A stretch of DNA of 43,484 nt from a bacterium (lineage in GTDB: Bacteria; RBG-13-61-14; DATKZS01): contig JAWOBU010000122.1 in assembly GCA_046484135.1 (NCBI GenBank), positions 1-43,484 of the forward strand. Direction: 5' to 3'. Each line of letters begins with the position of its first letter. The first letter of the stretch is position 1. The notes below the pieces were generated by a model. It worked only from the letters and a program-made list of their open reading frames with translations, had not been told where the DNA came from and ran no database searches. Shown one piece after another: positions 18,040-27,021 of this stretch. The position numbers were made by a program, and so were the translations under genes.

Positions 18040-18764
18040 CGGTGTTCTACGGTTGACTCTGCCCTGAATTGAGCACTTAAGAGGTAAAGGCCGCAAACAA
18101 GTAAAACCAGAAAGATTGCGGCAGTGATTTCAATTGAGATCCCCCTGTTCAGGTTATCCCTCAAATGGGTTGCCGCTCCCAGGATAATGACAAGATAAAG
18201 AAGATGGAGGGGAACCGTGAAAAGATGAGGCTCTGCAAACACCATCCTTTCCGGGTAAACCCCGAGCCACCAGATAAAAAACGCGCCGAACAATGCCAGC
18301 CAGGCAAGAGAAGAGCGGTCCTTCTGTGGCCGCCGATAGTAAAAGGCCGTAAAAAGGAAAACCCCCAGCGCCGCCATGAAGAGCGGCGAAAGCGAGCTCC
18401 AGTTGAGGTCTATCCCCCTTTTCCAAACGAGCAGCACAAGAAACACGCCGCTATAGAGCGAGCCGATCCCGGCAAAAATTTTAACGGACAGGCTCCGGCT
18501 CTCCCGTCCCCGGAGCAGTATCCGGAGGACCCCAGCACCTGCCAGTGCTATTGCGAAAAACAGAAGCCAGTAGGCTGCGAAAAGCGCAAAAGGGTAACTG
18601 TGCTCTCCAGCCAGCAGATTCACTTGTTCCGCCACCAAAGCGAGCAGGCCGGGCAGGGAAAGGAAAAGAACCGCTTGCAGAAGCCGGCTTCCCCTATGGC
18701 GTTCTGTCCGGCAGTGTCGGGACATGGACGAACTCAACCAAGGAGATTTAAAGTTTTGCATCAA
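17883..18764 (-). pseudogene. Multi-TM membrane protein, probably the N-terminal part of a truncated sulfatase-like gene, fused to the duplicated segment
   Basis: Several TM helices like those of the 1..2064 protein; the last ~50 codons are read from the duplicated thrB/MshEN DNA. Confidence 0.5.
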
Positions 18765-18822
18765 CTTTTATGTATAATATTGTAAAAGGAAGACAAGTTC
18801 AATGGTGCGAGGAATGGTCGCT

Positions 18823-19737
18823 TTATTCGATCATCCTTGTTCCGCGGTTGTCCGGCTCCAGAAGTTTGGCATAACCCGGCTCTCCCGCTTTCCGGAGCCT
18901 CTCCACCATGGCATCGGCCACCTTCTGGCCACTTTCCAGGTCGGTTACGGCGAGCACCGCGGAGCCGGAACCGGACAGGAACGCGCCGTAAGCTCCGGCC
19001 TCTTCCGCGGCTTCTATTACCGGCTCCAGGAAAGGCAGGAGAGTCTTGCGATAGGGCTGGTGGAGGTTGTCATGGAAAGTGCCGGCGATAAGGTCGGGCC
19101 GATCATTGGCCAGGGCGTACACCAGCCAGGCCATTCTTTGCATGTTCTCCACCGCCTGACGGAGGGGGACATACGTTGGCAGGACGCTGCGGGCCCGGCC
19201 GGTTTCGAGCATGGCGTCCGGGATCAGCGCGGCAAAGCGCCACGTCTCGGGCACAGGATACCTGATCCACCTGATCCGGCCCCGGTCCCAGCCGGAGACA
19301 GTGAGTCCTCCCAGTTGCGACGCTGCGGCGTTGTCCGTGTGACCTTCCAGTTCGCAGGCCACCTCCAACAGCTCGTTTTCAGAAAGCGGCTCGTTGTTTG
19401 AGAGGTTTAAAGCCGAAAGGGCTGCGAGTCGGCAACAGGCGGAGCTTCCCAGTCCCCGCGCCGGAGGCACATCACCTTCGAAGCTGAACTTGAGCGGGCA
19501 AGCGGTTTTTCCCGTTCTTTTTTCAAATGCCCGTACCACTTCCTCGAGCGCCTGCCTGGAACCTTGGGCAAGTGGGCCGGCAAGGGTCGTTGTTTCTTCC
19601 AGGAGGATTCGGTCGGCAGGCTCGGCAGTAAGCAGGAGGGGCCATTTCAGGGCCATGCCCAGGGTGTCGAACCCTGGTCCCAGGTTCGAGGTTGAGGCGG
19701 GCACCGCGAGCTTAATCTTTTTCATGGGGGATAGCAT
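18823..19737 (-). CDS. thrB: Homoserine kinase
   Basis: VPASTSNLGPGFD, PPARGLGSSA, EGHTDN, LHQPYR, LSGSG (GHMP kinase). Confidence 0.92.
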   Translation of the reverse strand: MLSPMKKIKLAVPASTSNLGPGFDTLGMALKWPLLLTAEPADRILLEETTTLAGPLAQGSRQALEEVVRAFEKRTGKTACPLKFSFEGDVPPARGLGSSACCRLAALSALNLSNNEPLSENELLEVACELEGHTDNAAASQLGGLTVSGWDRGRIRWIRYPVPETWRFAALIPDAMLETGRARSVLPTYVPLRQAVENMQRMAWLVYALANDRPDLIAGTFHDNLHQPYRKTLLPFLEPVIEAAEEAGAYGAFLSGSGSAVLAVTDLESGQKVADAMVERLRKAGEPGYAKLLEPDNRGTRMIE

Positions 19738-19766
19738 TTGTTGATGTCTTGGTGGGATGGTTTCTT

Positions 19767-20483
19767 TTACTTGGTTTCCTTAAAGATGTCGTAGTACTCC
19801 TTGGGATTTATGAGTCCTTTTTTGGCGAGGAGTCGAAGCAGTGCTTTTAGTTCCCGGGACAGTTGCGGTTTGTCCTCGGTTTTTTCCGGCCCGCTTTCTT
19901 CATCCTCTTCCGCGGACGGCACGACCTGGGGGTCATGGGGAGCTCCCACCCTGGAATGCTCGATGGCCATTTCCGGCATTTTTTCTTCTGCGCCCTCTGT
20001 CGAGCCTTCCGCTCTCATGCGGTAGGACCCTTGGGCGTTCTGCTGGTAGTAGTACTCCCTGATCACGTAGCGGATGGTGTTCTCCAGCGCCAGGGCCGGC
20101 TCGATTTTGTATCCTATGGTGAAGCGGATTTCGTCCTGTATCTCCACGTTGGTAGGATCGGCCATGGCCACGACCAGGACCTTTCCCTGCGGCGTGTTCT
20201 TTACGGCCACCGGAAACACGGAGTACTTTTCGGCGAGCTCGAGGGGAACAAGCTTAATGACCGATTCCGGAATGGTGCTGCGGGAGAAATCAAAGGCCGG
20301 GATTTTCAACTGCCGGGTCAGGGCCTTGAAGAAGTCCTTCTCGCTGATGAACCGGCGGTCCAGGAGGATGGTGCCCAGCTTGCCGCCGTAGCGCTTTTGA
20401 TCCTCCAACGCCTCCTTTAACTGTTCCCGGTTTACAACCCCGGCCTCCAGCAGTATCTCGCCGAGTTTTTTCTTCTTTTCCAT
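19767..20483 (-). CDS. Stand-alone MshEN / GspE-PilB N-terminal domain protein (no ATPase)
   Basis: KLGEILLEAGVV..EQL..AL..Q...GGKLGTILL; A.KY..FPV; LVVAMADPTN. Confidence 0.85.
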   Translation of the reverse strand: MEKKKKLGEILLEAGVVNREQLKEALEDQKRYGGKLGTILLDRRFISEKDFFKALTRQLKIPAFDFSRSTIPESVIKLVPLELAEKYSVFPVAVKNTPQGKVLVVAMADPTNVEIQDEIRFTIGYKIEPALALENTIRYVIREYYYQQNAQGSYRMRAEGSTEGAEEKMPEMAIEHSRVGAPHDPQVVPSAEEDEESGPEKTEDKPQLSRELKALLRLLAKKGLINPKEYYDIFKETK

Positions 20484-20509
20484 AAGTCCCTGTGTGCGGT
20501 GTTACTCTG

Positions 20510-21475
20510 TTACTCGACCTCTTCAACCAGGTTTCCCCGCCTCCACTGCTGATAATGTTTATTGCAAAAGCCTTTGCTGCGGTGCTTATTGTTGCACCCT
20601 TTGACCCGGCATTTCTTGGCCGGCGCCCGCGGGGCTTTCCTGGTGTCCTTCTTCTCCTTCTTTTTGGGGGCCGACTTGCGGGCGGTCTTCTTTGCCGGTC
20701 GGGACGACTTTTTCTTTCCGGTCCCGGCTTCGGGTTCTTTACCCGGTTCTGTGGTTTTTCTTTCTTCGGTTTCCCGGCCCTGGTCGGTTTCCGGCTTAGT
20801 CTCTTCCTGTTCCTCCGGGGCTTTTTCTTTCCGGGGTGGTTCCGGTTTCTGTTCAGCAGCTTCAGCAGGTTCAGGCTTTGCTTCGCTTTCCGGAGCCTCT
20901 TGGCCTTGAGTCTTGGTATCGGAGGGGGGGCGGCTCGGATGAGGAGGAACTTCTTTTTCCGCCTCCATGATGGTCTCCCCCTGGTCTTGGCGGGCCTGGT
21001 CCGAGAGACGGTTTATGACCTGGTCTATCTCTTGGTTCATTGCCAGCTCCAGCTTCTTCTCCCGGAGCCTCCATAACACCCACAGCCCCAGTACCAGTAC
21101 CGCCACAATAAGCAACATGCCGGTGTTCCATACGGGCCGGGTGTACTCCCATACCCCTTCGGTGGTGTCGGTGCCGAAGTACAAACCGCGCAGCCTTTCG
21201 GTTGCCGAGCCGGCCACTTCCAGGCGGGGTTCGGTCCTGTCCATCTGTGCGTCCATCTTCCGGAGCAACTCTCCCAGATTGTCCGTGCGTGCGGCAAGCT
21301 CCGAGTTTCCCTTCTCCAGGTGTTGCATCTGCTTGTCTATCAGGTTTATCTGCTCGGCCATCAGTTTCTTCTTTTCTTTTTCCTCGCCGTTGCAAGCACT
21401 CATCCCCAGGCAGGCGCAGATGCAAAGGATGAACGTTATGTAGCTTGTTCTTTTCAAGGCCCCCTCCCTTTTCAC
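20510..21475 (-). CDS. Hypothetical lipoprotein-like membrane protein: coiled coil, TM helix, E/K/P-rich linker, C-terminal Cys3His motif
   Basis: MSAC lipobox-like motif; C-terminus CRVKGCNNKHRSKGFCNKHYQQWRRG. Confidence 0.7.
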   Translation of the reverse strand: MKREGALKRTSYITFILCICACLGMSACNGEEKEKKKLMAEQINLIDKQMQHLEKGNSELAARTDNLGELLRKMDAQMDRTEPRLEVAGSATERLRGLYFGTDTTEGVWEYTRPVWNTGMLLIVAVLVLGLWVLWRLREKKLELAMNQEIDQVINRLSDQARQDQGETIMEAEKEVPPHPSRPPSDTKTQGQEAPESEAKPEPAEAAEQKPEPPRKEKAPEEQEETKPETDQGRETEERKTTEPGKEPEAGTGKKKSSRPAKKTARKSAPKKKEKKDTRKAPRAPAKKCRVKGCNNKHRSKGFCNKHYQQWRRGNLVEEVE

Positions 21476-21900
21476 TTGGATTTAGTGCTCGCTTTCACCC
21501 GGAACCGATAAAAGAGCCATAAAAGCAGTATGAAGAAAAGGACCCATAGTACGTTCCAGGCGGGGTTCTTCATGACGGAGGTTGCCGGTGATTCCCCGAG
21601 GCCGTTCTGATTCAAGTCCCGCAGGGACATGGTTCCTTTCTTGGCCGCCTCGATCCGGGGAGCTTCTTTTTTCAGTTCGGCCCGCATGGCCTGGAGCTCG
21701 GTCTCCATCCGGCTTATCATGCTGCGCATGTTCTTTTGATGCTTCTCCAAAGCCTCGATCTCGTTCTCGATAAGCGATATCTCCTGGTTGATCCGCTTCT
21801 TGACCTCTTCTTCCTGGTTAGAGCATCCGCACAGGGCCAGGGTAACCGTCAACACGAGGCCTGCTACTAACAGTCGGTTTTTAAATCGGTTCTTATTCAT
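21472..21900 (-). CDS. Hypothetical lipoprotein-like protein, coiled coil plus C-terminal TM helix; apparent paralogue of the N-terminal half of 20510..21475
   Basis: LCGC lipobox; QEISLIENEIEALEK/EQINLIDKQMQHLEK, PRIEAA/PRLEVA, PAWN/PVWN. Confidence 0.7.
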   Translation of the reverse strand: MNKNRFKNRLLVAGLVLTVTLALCGCSNQEEEVKKRINQEISLIENEIEALEKHQKNMRSMISRMETELQAMRAELKKEAPRIEAAKKGTMSLRDLNQNGLGESPATSVMKNPAWNVLWVLFFILLLWLFYRFRVKASTKSK

Positions 21901-21973
21901 TAATCCCTCTCCTTCCGCTTATGATTCGAGACCGGCTCCGTACTTTACGGAAAGCCGGACAGTGCCAGTTTTC

Positions 21974-22054
21974 TTTATACTAAAATACCGGGTTTTAGTC
22001 AACCCTGTTCTTTGTTCGTTTTTCTTGACTTGTTTGCGGACTTCCGGATATGAT
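21974..22054. promoter_or_regulatory. Divergent putative sigma70 promoters
   Basis: Minus: TTGACT-N17-TATAAA (22002..21974). Plus: TTGACT-N18-TATGAT (22025..22054). Confidence 0.5.
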
Positions 22055-22089
22055 ACGGCTTTAACTCGCGGAGAGGGAAGGACCGGCAG

Positions 22090-22815
22090 TTGAGCAGGTT
22101 ATACATGATAAGGCACGGGCAGGCTTCGTTTGGCGCGTCCAATTATGACGAGCTGTCCAAGCTGGGCGAGCTCCAGATGCGGGTCCTGGGCGAGTACTGG
22201 AAACGCTGGCGCGCGCCTTTCCACGCCGTGTACACGGGCAGTCTTCAAAGGCAGAAGGACTCGAGCCGTTGTCTTCTCGAGGCCTATACTAACGGAGGGG
22301 AGGAAGTCCCCGAGCCGGTCGAGCTGCCCGAGCTCGACGAGTACGACACCCAATCCCTGCTTACGGATGCGCTGCCGGGCGCCATCATGGAGCGGGAGGA
22401 GCTGGCTTCTCTGGTGCGGGAGCTCAACATCACGAGCGCCGAAGACCTGGTAAACGACCGCAAGGCTTTCCAGCGCCTTTTTTCCGCTGTCATGGACCTG
22501 TGGGTCCGGGGCGAGCTGGAAAGCGATGACGCCGAGTCGTGGAACGGGTTTGTGGACCGGGTAAAGCAAGGGATAGAAAAGATCACGTCCGAAGAGCAGA
22601 ACGGCAGGAACGTGGCAGTGATAACCTCGGGCGGGCCTATCTCGGTTGCGGTGCAACAGGCCATGTCCTGCCCGGACAAGGTGGCGCTCGAGCTCGGGTG
22701 GGTGATCTGGAACAGCTCTTTGACCGAGTTTCGCTACAGCGGCGACAAGTTCTCGCTCGCGGTTTTCAACTCGACCCCTCACCTGGTTGAAGACGAGCTT
22801 TACTCGTACCGGTAG
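22090..22815 (+). CDS. Histidine phosphatase (phosphoglycerate mutase family)
   Basis: LYMIRHGQASFG..NYD.LS, G.L.RQ, TSGG.I, FN..PHL. Confidence 0.88.
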   Translation: MSRLYMIRHGQASFGASNYDELSKLGELQMRVLGEYWKRWRAPFHAVYTGSLQRQKDSSRCLLEAYTNGGEEVPEPVELPELDEYDTQSLLTDALPGAIMEREELASLVRELNITSAEDLVNDRKAFQRLFSAVMDLWVRGELESDDAESWNGFVDRVKQGIEKITSEEQNGRNVAVITSGGPISVAVQQAMSCPDKVALELGWVIWNSSLTEFRYSGDKFSLAVFNSTPHLVEDELYSYR

Positions 22816-22871
22816 TTTTTATTGTGATTTGATGCTCCGGAGGTCGTGATTGATGGAATATTCTTTTACGA

Positions 22872-22943
22872 AGCACCTGCAGACGCGCGATGCGCGCCTG
22901 CCCACACAAACAAGTTGTGTGGGCTATCGTGGAGATGGTTTTT
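22872..22943. repeat. Solo REP-like palindrome, family A
   Basis: GCCCACACAAACAAGTTGTGTGGGCTATC, with flanks similar to 35520..35590. Confidence 0.8.
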
Positions 22944-23008
22944 GCAAACCATGGCAATGAATGTGAAAGACCAGTAACGGACGGAAGACAAACAAGGAGG
23001 AGTGGCTG

Positions 23009-24214
23009 ATGGAGTTTGGCATTGATTCCACGACCCAGACCATCCTGGAGATGATCCGGGAGTTCATGGAGAAGGAGGTCTATCCTTTAGAGCCTCACTT
23101 TCTGGGAAAGAGCTTCAGCGAAATGAAGCCCAAGCTGGAGGAGGCCCGCGACAAGGTCCGGCAGATGGAACTATGGGCGCCCCAGCTTCCCAAGGAGCTT
23201 GGCGGAGTGGGCATCGGCTTCATGGGATACGCGCTCTGTTGCGAGGAGATCGGCCGTTCTCCCATCGGTCCTTATATCTTCGGCAGTCAGGCGCCGGACG
23301 CCGGCAACATCGAGATACTGGCCAAGTACGCCACTGAAGAGCAGGCGGAAAAATACATGTGGCCCTTGATAAAAGGCGAGATAAGGTCGTGCTTTTCCAT
23401 GACCGAGCCGGAGTACGCGGGATCAAACCCCACCCGCATGGGGACCACCGCAGTAAAGGATGGAGACGACTACGTGATCAACGGCCATAAGTGGTGGACC
23501 AGCTCCGCGGACGGCGCCGCATTTGCCGTGGTCATGGCGGTGACCAACCCGGAGAACCAGTCGCCCTATCAACAGGCGTCCATGATCATCGTGCCCACTG
23601 ACACGCCCGGGTTCAACCTGATCAGGAACGTGCCGGTCATGGGACACCAGGGCGACGATTACGCCTCCCACGCCGAGATCATGTACCAGGACTGCCGCGT
23701 GCCGCAAAAGAACCTTTTGGGACCGGAAGGGCAGGGCTTTATTATCGCCCAGGAGCGGCTCGGCCCCGGCCGTATCCATCACTGCATGCGCTACATCGGC
23801 ATTGCCCAGCGCTGTTTCGAGATGCTCTGCGATTACGCTGCCAAGCGGGAAGTGGGCGGTGGCAAGACCCTGGCCACCAAGCAGATAATCCAGTCCTGGA
23901 TCGCGGAGCTTCGGGCCAAGATCCATGCCTCCCGGCTCATGGTATTGCACGCCGCCTGGAAGATAGACACCTACGGGACCTACGAGGCCCGGGAGGAGAT
24001 ATCGCTCATCAAGTTTTACGTGGCCAACACCATGATGGAGGTCATAGACAAGGCCATCCAGGTCCACGGCGGCCTGGGAGTGTCAGACGATACGGTGCTG
24101 TCCTTTTTCTACCGGAGCGAGCGGGGGGCCCGGATTTACGACGGCGCGGACGAGGTCCACAAAGTGGTGGTGGCAAGAAGAATACTCCGCAATTACCAGG
24201 ACCGGACGGATTGA
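23009..24214 (+). CDS. Acyl-CoA dehydrogenase (ACAD10/11, LvaC-like)
   Basis: QAPDAGNIE, RSCFSMTEP, INGHKWWTS, QERLGPGRIHHCMR, RIYDGADEVH. Confidence 0.92.
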   Translation: MEFGIDSTTQTILEMIREFMEKEVYPLEPHFLGKSFSEMKPKLEEARDKVRQMELWAPQLPKELGGVGIGFMGYALCCEEIGRSPIGPYIFGSQAPDAGNIEILAKYATEEQAEKYMWPLIKGEIRSCFSMTEPEYAGSNPTRMGTTAVKDGDDYVINGHKWWTSSADGAAFAVVMAVTNPENQSPYQQASMIIVPTDTPGFNLIRNVPVMGHQGDDYASHAEIMYQDCRVPQKNLLGPEGQGFIIAQERLGPGRIHHCMRYIGIAQRCFEMLCDYAAKREVGGGKTLATKQIIQSWIAELRAKIHASRLMVLHAAWKIDTYGTYEAREEISLIKFYVANTMMEVIDKAIQVHGGLGVSDDTVLSFFYRSERGARIYDGADEVHKVVVARRILRNYQDRTD

Positions 24215-24285
24215 TGCCAAAGCCCGTGATATGGTTATTGCTTTTTGCGAAACAGAGGTTTGCTGACTTTTGCGGTGTTACTTTA

Positions 24286-24433
24286 GGAGTGCGGCAGCTT
24301 GCTGCCGCTTTGTCCGCCGGGAAGCTTGCTTCCCGGAAATGCGCTTCAATAAAGGCGCACAGCTTATAAGCCGCCTTTTTTGAAGTTCCGGCAAGCCGGA
24401 ACTTATGAAAGCGAAAGCAAGCTTTCGCACTCC
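24286..24433. repeat. Inverted REP doublet (family B) enclosing additional hairpins
   Basis: GGAGTGCGGCAGCTTGCTGCCGCTTT and inverted AAAGCGAAAGCAAGCTTTCGCACTCC. Confidence 0.75.
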
Positions 24434-24527
24434 AAAACGGAGTTTCGCAGGAATTGGTTATTGATGAGGTCCGCTTTATAGCTGCGAGAGCAAGGTTTTC
24501 CAAAGTTTCTGTTCAGGCGGAAGGAAG

Positions 24528-25604
24528 GTGAAGATCATGGAAGAGCTGATAGATAAAACCGCAAAAGTGCGGGAAGGAGAGGAGCTTCCCGCGGAAACAA
24601 TCCGAGACTACTTGAAGGAACACATCCCGGACCTTGAAGGGGACATCGAGATCGAGCAGTTTCCGTCCGGCCATTCCAACCTGACCTATCTTGTCAGGAT
24701 AGGGGATCGGGAGATGGTCCTCCGCCGGCCCCCGTTCGGGTCCCACGTAAAGACCGCCCACGACATGGGCCGCGAGTACCGCATCCTCTCGGGCCTGTAC
24801 CCGGTGTTTCCGCGCGTGCCGCGTCCGCTTGTTTTCTGCGAGGACGAGTCAGTAATCGGGGCCAGGTTCTACGTGATGGAGAGGCTTCGCGGTATCATCC
24901 TCCGCCGCAAGGTGCCCGAAGGGATGGAGATTCCGCCCGAGACCGCTTCTAAGTTGTGCGAGTCTTTCGTGCAGACCCTGGCGGAGATTCACGCGGTGGA
25001 TTACGAGGCCGCGGGCCTTGCAGACCTGGGCAAGCCGAAAGGGTACCTTTACCGGCAGGTGCATGGCTGGTCGGAGAGGTACTACGGCTCCCAGACAGAT
25101 GACATCGAGGGCGTGGACCGGGTCATATCCTGGCTCCAGGACAACCTGCCCGAGTCGCCGGAACCCGTGCTTGTACAGAACGATTACAAGTACGACAACC
25201 TGGTGCTGGCTCCGGACGATATAACCCGCATCATCGGCGTGCTTGACTGGGAGATGTCAACCATCGGAGACCCCCTGACCGACCTGGGAGGAAGCCTCGG
25301 CTACTGGGTAGAGGCGGACGACCCGGACGAACTGCAAGCCCTGGCGTTCGGGCCCACTATGATACCCGGAAGCTGGACCAGGAAACAGATCGCTGAGAGA
25401 TACGCGGAGCTCACCGGACGCGACGTGTCCAACATCCACTACTACACCGTGTTCGCGACCTTCAAGATCATGGTCATCATCCAGCAAATCTACTACCGCT
25501 ATGCCAAGGGACTCACCAAGGACGAAAGGTTCGCGCCCCTCATCGAAGGAGTCAAAATATTAAACCGGACCTCCAACACCCTGATAGACCAGGGCCATAT
25601 TTGA
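24528..25604 (+). CDS. APH-family phosphotransferase (ACAD10/11 kinase domain, LvaA-like)
   Basis: QFPSGHSNLTY, VLRRPP, AHDMGREY, NDYKYDN, VLDWEMSTIGDPL.DLG. Confidence 0.9.
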   Translation: MKIMEELIDKTAKVREGEELPAETIRDYLKEHIPDLEGDIEIEQFPSGHSNLTYLVRIGDREMVLRRPPFGSHVKTAHDMGREYRILSGLYPVFPRVPRPLVFCEDESVIGARFYVMERLRGIILRRKVPEGMEIPPETASKLCESFVQTLAEIHAVDYEAAGLADLGKPKGYLYRQVHGWSERYYGSQTDDIEGVDRVISWLQDNLPESPEPVLVQNDYKYDNLVLAPDDITRIIGVLDWEMSTIGDPLTDLGGSLGYWVEADDPDELQALAFGPTMIPGSWTRKQIAERYAELTGRDVSNIHYYTVFATFKIMVIIQQIYYRYAKGLTKDERFAPLIEGVKILNRTSNTLIDQGHI

Positions 25605-25626
25605 GGACTGGCCCGGAGCAACAGCA

Positions 25627-27021
25627 TTGAAAAAAGTGGCTTACCTCACCCTTGGGTGCGACAAGAACCGGGTGGACACGGAATATACTCTGGGAAGGCT
25701 TTACGAGCGAGGCTTCCGGCCGGTGCCCGCTCCCGGGTCCGCTTTCGCGCTTATTATAAACACCTGCGGCTTTATTGACCTTGCCAAAGAAGAAAGCGTG
25801 GAAACCATACTGGAAGCGCTGGAAGCGCGCCAGGAGGGAACTTATGAGGTTATAGCGGTGGTGGGCTGCCTGGTGGAGCGCTACCGGGACGAGCTTTGCG
25901 AGGAGCTTCCTGAAGTGGATTTGTGGATGGGGCTCGAGCACACGGACCGATTGGCTCATGGTCTTTCCGAACTGTACCGTGACAAAGCGGGAAAGCCGGA
26001 TGCGGATGATGTTTCTGCCCCGGAAGAACATCCTCCTTCTCTGGTTTGTTTCAATAATGTGTCCCGCCTTATCACCACCCGTGGTCATTACTCATTTCTC
26101 AAGATTGCGGACGGTTGCAGCGGCGGGTGCAGCTTCTGCGCTATTCCCCGCATCAAAGGTCCTTTGCGGTCCCGTCCTTTGGAGGAGCTTGTTTCCGAGG
26201 CCCGCGCTTTGGAAGCCGCAGGCATAAAGGAGCTCAACCTGGTGGCCCAGGACACTACCGCCTATGGCAAAGACCTGCCGGAAGACCTCGAGCTTGCCGA
26301 CCTGCTGGAGAGGATTCTCTCCGACACCGGCATACCCTGGATCCGGGTGCTTTATGCCCATCCCGAGCACGTTACCGACCGGCTTATCGAGCTTTTAGCT
26401 CAAGAACCCAGGCTCCTTAGATACCTGGATTTGCCGCTACAACACATCTCTGATAGGATTCTGTCCGCCATGGGCCGCAACGCGGGCAGGCGCGAGATCG
26501 AGTCGCTCCTTGACCGGCTCCACGCGCGGGTCCCCGGCCTAGTGCTCCGGAGCACTTTCCTCGTCGGCTTTCCCGGTGAGACGGACAAGGACTTCCGAGT
26601 GGTTATAGATTTTATCGAGGAGGGGCATTTCTTCTGGGCCGCGGCGTTCGGGTTCTCTCCGGAAGAGGGGACCGCGGCTTATAAGATGAAGGGCGGGGTG
26701 GACCAGTCCATAGCTGACGAGCGGGCGGCCGCGGTTTACGAGGCGCAGCGGGGCATCACTGCCCGCAAGCTGGGGGGTTTTGTTGGAGGGGACCTGGTTG
26801 TACTGGTGGACGAACCGTGGTCTCCGGTGATTTATGAAGAGGATCATGTCTCAGAGGCACCTGAAAACACGGAGTGGCTGGCGCGCTTCCGGGGCCAGGC
26901 GGTAGAGGTAGACGGGGTGGTAAAGCTTATGGGAAGGGCGTCGCCCGGTTCGTTCGTTCGCGCCCGCGTAACCGGCTCCTGGGACTATGACCTGGATGCG
27001 AGTTTGATAGAGGAGGACTGA
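25627..27021 (+). CDS. rimO: Ribosomal protein S12 methylthiotransferase RimO
   Basis: LGCDKNRVDTE, INTCGFI..AKEES, GCLVERY, KIADGCSGGCSFC, C-terminal EVDG (TRAM). Confidence 0.92.
   Translation: MKKVAYLTLGCDKNRVDTEYTLGRLYERGFRPVPAPGSAFALIINTCGFIDLAKEESVETILEALEARQEGTYEVIAVVGCLVERYRDELCEELPEVDLWMGLEHTDRLAHGLSELYRDKAGKPDADDVSAPEEHPPSLVCFNNVSRLITTRGHYSFLKIADGCSGGCSFCAIPRIKGPLRSRPLEELVSEARALEAAGIKELNLVAQDTTAYGKDLPEDLELADLLERILSDTGIPWIRVLYAHPEHVTDRLIELLAQEPRLLRYLDLPLQHISDRILSAMGRNAGRREIESLLDRLHARVPGLVLRSTFLVGFPGETDKDFRVVIDFIEEGHFFWAAAFGFSPEEGTAAYKMKGGVDQSIADERAAAVYEAQRGITARKLGGFVGGDLVVLVDEPWSPVIYEEDHVSEAPENTEWLARFRGQAVEVDGVVKLMGRASPGSFVRARVTGSWDYDLDASLIEED

Noticed and set aside
17857..19801. 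Diversity-generating retroelement TR/VR pair
   Set aside because: Differences are not adenine-specific on either strand, include indels, and no reverse transcriptase is present
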